A DNA stretch of 64,000 bases. It comes from Cyanophora paradoxa CCMP329 (taxonomy: Eukaryota > Plantae > Glaucophyta). The notes below the pieces were generated by a model, which made no database searches, was not told the DNA's origin, and was given only the letters and a program-made list of their open reading frames with translations. Position numbers and translations under genes: made by a program. Position 1 is the stretch's first letter, and each line of letters starts with the position of its first letter. Of this stretch, positions 60,157 to 64,000 are shown in pieces. The stretch covers positions 310,001 through 374,000 of the forward strand of contig QPMI01000416.1 in NCBI GenBank assembly GCA_004431415.1. Direction: 5' to 3'.

Positions 60157-60439
60157 ATCGCTTATGTCTTGATTTGGCCTGTATCATCGATTTTTATTGA
60201 AAGCTGTCGTGGCCTCCGTGCCTGCGCCTGTGCCGAGGCTCGGCCAAGCCCGCTTGGTTATTATTTAAACGAGCCCGCCCGAAAATCTGGTTGTATAATA
60301 TAGCTATCGGTATCGCCGTTCAGTTCAGCGCATTTGAATTGGTGTGATTGCAGAATAGTTCGTCGACGCCCCCGCTTCAAGCTTGTATAATCACATAATT
60401 CTTCATAGCAGGTAGCGCTTCGCAGACTATGTAGTCCTA

Positions 60440-60775
60440 CTAGATATGTTTGTGTTCTGTGCAGTCAACTACAGCAGAGAATTTGTTCTTACGTCTTGGC
60501 CAACGTCCTGCAGCTGGGTCCTCGGGATGAAATTTAAACCGTACGCGTCGCTTGAAGTTATCAAGTGTCGTGTTAGGCAACGGCAGCGAGAGGGTCGCTT
60601 TTGGATCGATCGTGTCCGGATCCCAATATCGCGTGTACATGTTGTCGATTTGGATCTTAAGCTTCCCCCGGGCAGCCTTCTGGGCAGCCGATTGATATTT
60701 AATTTTAGAATTTCGGTGCAGAGCCGGCGCCCCGACCAGGCCTTGGACATGAGCGCCCAGATTCAGCGAGGACAT
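60440..60775 (-). pseudogene. Possible fragment of a PIF/Harbinger/ISL2EU (IS5-like) DDE transposase
   Basis: Only the AVVDCTEH motif resembles the first catalytic Asp region, and a stop follows immediately. Confidence 0.35.
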
Positions 60776-61154
60776 TTATATATAATTATAAGAATTCAAG
60801 GGCATTTGTATGTAAGAATAAAGAAGGAGAAGCGGGCATGCGCGGCGAGCCACCCACCGCCTGGGCTACCGCTCGCGATTGGGGCGGAAGCAGCCGCGGA
60901 GGAGAGCGCGAGGTGGTGGCGGCCCGGCCCGGCCCGGCCTAGGCCTCGGGCTATTTCTAGCTAGCTACCGCAAGGACAAGAATTCAATCGCAAGGACATT
61001 TGTATGTAAGAATATTAATAAAGAAGAGGCCGCCCTGCCTAGCTACCGCTCGGGGCGGAGGAGGCGGCGGAGGAGGGCGGAATTCGAAGCTTGAGGCTTC
61101 CGGGCGACCCACGCTTAGGCCTCGGGCTATTTAAAGCTACCGCCCGGACTATAG

Positions 61155-64000
61155 CTACCGCTGGGGGCGGAGGTGGCGGCGGAGGAGGGCGCAGGCGGCG
61201 ACGAGCCACGCGAGGGCGGCGCACGCGAGCGCCGCCGCGTCCGCCGCCAGGTTCCCCGTCTCCTGCGAGCGCGAACGAAGTCTAAGCGGCTCGGCATCGA
61301 AACGTAAAGAATCCAAATCCGACTAGCTCTTTGTTGTGCAAGCTAGTTTTATGAGCGGGCTATCGGCTGAATTCGAAGCTTATGAGCGTGCTCACGGCGC
61401 CGAGGCGGGTGACTCATAAATAATCTAAATCCGAAATCCGACTAGCTGTATATAAATCCGACGGCCGTAATGAAAAGCGCAAGTTATAAGCGTAATCGAG
61501 AATCGAGTTATAAGCTTAAGCTTCTTAGCTTCACTTATGAGCTACGGCGTGCGCACGGCGCCGAGGGATCTAGCTATTTAGGATCGACGTTTCATGTATG
61601 AGCGCGCCAAAGCTTTCATATATAGGCGAGTTCGGTTTCATGTATGAGCGCGCCAAAGCTAGAGGTTTTAGTCCACAGCCGATTTTAGTCCAGGTTTCTA
61701 AGACGCTAAACGACGCACGGCTCCGAGGCGGGTGACGAGGACGTCGCCGGGTACAGTCAGCTGCCCGAACTCCACCACGTCGATCGTGAACCTGGCCGGG
61801 GTGGGGGGGGATGAAGTAGGGTCAGATCATGTGATCACGTCCGATCGGATCGGGTCGGGTTGGGTCGGGTCGGGTGGGATGGGATGGGAGGCGCACAGGC
61901 GGCCGCGGAACTCGAGGGCCAGGAGGGCCTCGTACCCCCAGTTCAGCGGCGAGAGGCACTGCAGAGGGCTCAGGTGAGATGCTCGGGGCGGGGGTTTTGG
62001 TTGTGGCGAGGGAGAAGGAGGGAGAAAGGCCGGGGGGGACGCGGTCGGCGTTGTCAGACGAGACTTTACCAGATCTAGAGACCAGCATCCGGACGCATCT
62101 TGTTTTCTTATCTCATCTTTCTTAGGGCGGCGCGCAGTTCGTCTTAGATCTTAAACCTTGAGCTTACTAAGTTACATATATAAGAGAAGCTCGCTCTAGC
62201 GCTCTTCGGGGCGTTCGGCGCACGTTCATGAGGCGCATGGGGAGGGAGGGCGAGGCCTCCTTGACGAGGTGCCCCCCGAAGAGCAGGCTCGTGAAGACCG
62301 CCTGCGGGGGTTCGGGGGCTCAGCGGGCTCACAGGCGGAAGGGGGGGGGAGGGGCAGAGGGGCAGAGGGGGGGAAGGGGCGGAGGGGGGGAGGGGCGGAG
62401 GGGGGGGGCGGGGGGTGTTGGGGGGGGGGGGGGGGGCTGTGGAGGCAGGCGAACGCTTAGAAAAAATTTCGCATGGGAGTGGCACGCGGGGGCGCATGCG
62501 CGCGACGGGGGCGATATTGAGGGAAGAGAAAACGCTTCTATCTGAGGGAAGGGGAGACGGAAGAGGGGGGAGATATATCTATGGACAAACGGAACCCCCC
62601 TGTGACAATGCAAAGGAGGCGCCGCTCTGAGATCGAGAGGGGGCGCATTATTATGCGCACGACGGAGGCGATGTTGAGGGAGGAGGAGATGCTGGAGGTG
62701 AATGCAGAGGCCGCCTGGCTCATCGCCGCCACCGCCCCCGCCAGCAGCCTGCCCCCGCGCGCGCGCGCACGTTTATAGCTAGTCCGCCAGCTTAAGCTTG
62801 CTTAATTGAGATTAAGCCTCGGCTTGAAGGCGGTGGCGAGGAAAGAGCAAGCTTGATCGAGGCCTTGGCTTCAGCTTACTCATCACAAGAGTAAAGAAGA
62901 AGCTCGGCTTCCGCTAGATAGGAGGGCAAGGCGGCAGATCTAGATCGGAAGCTTAAGGTCGGAGAGTGGCGGCCAGCGGGCGCGCGTTCATGATCAGTTT
63001 TTACAAGGAATAGTGCTTGGAATAGCCTTCTTAAGCGGCCTTAGAGTTCGAGCTCAAGCTCTATGAAGCTTAGTCCTAAGGCGCTTATATCGGCTAGATC
63101 AGATTAGATCGGCCCGCTTAAGATTCGGGCCTAAAAGGAGCGCACTGCATGTAGAGGAGGGTGGCGAGGGATTAGTGGTGGGCCTAGGCATCTTGATCTG
63201 TCTTAAGCGGCCTTATATTTAGTGCGCACTGCATGTAGAGGAGGGCGGCGAGGAAGGCGAAGAGCTCGGGCCGCAGCCCCGCCAGGGCGTACACGCACGC
63301 CACCAGCGCCGCCACCGGCGGCGCCTGCGCGCGGCCGAGCGGGCGAGGGCGTCAGCGCTCCAAGCTTAAGCTTATACGATGCGAGGTTTTGTAAGGAAGG
63401 AGGAAGCGCGAGTTCGGTTGATGCTATGAGCTCTAATAGCTCTGTGTTTGTTTGCTATAAGTTTCAATACAATAAGTAAATATGGAATTCGGACCCGGAG
63501 GAAGGCGAAGTCGGCATCAAGTTCTATAAGTCGCTACGAGTTCTAAAACTATAAGCTCTAAAAAACTTCTGTTTGTTCTTGAGTTCTATAAAAGTACTTA
63601 AGTTTCCTATCTAAACACGGAATGACTCGGACCCGGAGGAAGGCGAAGTCGGCGAGGGTGCGGGCGGCGGCGTACGGGAGCACGTGGTACATCCCGTCCG
63701 CCCGCTCCTGCGCGGGGGGCGGCTGTAAGCTGAAAGGTGGAAAGGAGGAGGAGATAGGAGGGCGGGGCGGGGCGGGCCTGGGCCAGCAGGGGTCGGTCCA
63801 CCAGTACTGCGCGCCCGTGGTGAGGTGAGGGATTCGATGGCCACGAGTTAAATACATCGGCTACAGCGGGTGCGAGGGCGCACGGGTCTCGATGGTGGTG
63901 AGGGAGTTGATGGCGACGAAGGCGGGGAGAAGAAAGAGGAGCCCGAAGCGGTTCCACGCCCCGTCCGAGTCCATCCCTGGCCCACGTCAGACACTCAGAC
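61155..64000 (-). CDS. ABCG (White-like) transporter, transmembrane-domain exons; the 5' part lies beyond the window
   Basis: Exons NRFGLL, ERADGMYHVLPYAAARTLADFAFLR, AYALAGLRPE, SLLFGGHLV and LQCLSPLNWGYEALLALEF match the ABC2 membrane consensus. Stop at 61155-61157. Confidence 0.85.

Noticed and set aside
1-64000. tRNA, rRNA or Fanzor/TnpB genes
   Set aside because: No cloverleaf, rRNA-like sequence or RuvC plus zinc-ribbon ORF was recognised by eye; a covariance-model scan was not possible.

Overview
Eukaryotic nuclear DNA from a very GC-rich, intron-dense, probably flagellated protist or alga. This is inferred from short GT(GCG)...CGCAG introns, an ODAD1/CCDC114-like gene, AP2-like domains and a TmcB-like gene; the species cannot be named from sequence alone. 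The window has three compartments. (1) 1-~10.2 kb is an AT-rich, intronless, gene-dense right arm of an endogenous Polinton-like virus or virophage-type element. It carries phage-like tail-fibre genes, a C1q fibre with a small phage-type partner gene, an internally deleted patatin-discoidin fusion, an rve integrase and a stand-alone prokaryotic-type S-adenosylmethionine decarboxylase, followed by hairpin/iteron repeats. It ends at a 299-bp inverted-repeat unit that abuts an apparently exact 583-bp copy of a host gene fragment found 9.85 kb downstream. Capsid, packaging ATPase and polymerase genes are not in the window. (2) ~11-26.5 kb is an intermediate-GC island bracketed by MITE clusters, holding a multi-exon cysteine-rich repeat gene and a large uncharacterised membrane-protein gene. 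(3) 26.7-64 kb holds GC-rich host genes: a JmjC + ZZ-like zinc finger + five AP2-like-domain protein, an ODAD1-like gene, an F-box gene, a TmcB-like gene and the 3' part of an ABCG transporter. Introns of the last two repeatedly contain copies of their own splice junctions in AGCT/AGATCT-rich filler. Several single-base frameshifts in short homopolymers suggest assembly indels. All gene models and family calls are manual, by motif recognition, and unverified by database search.
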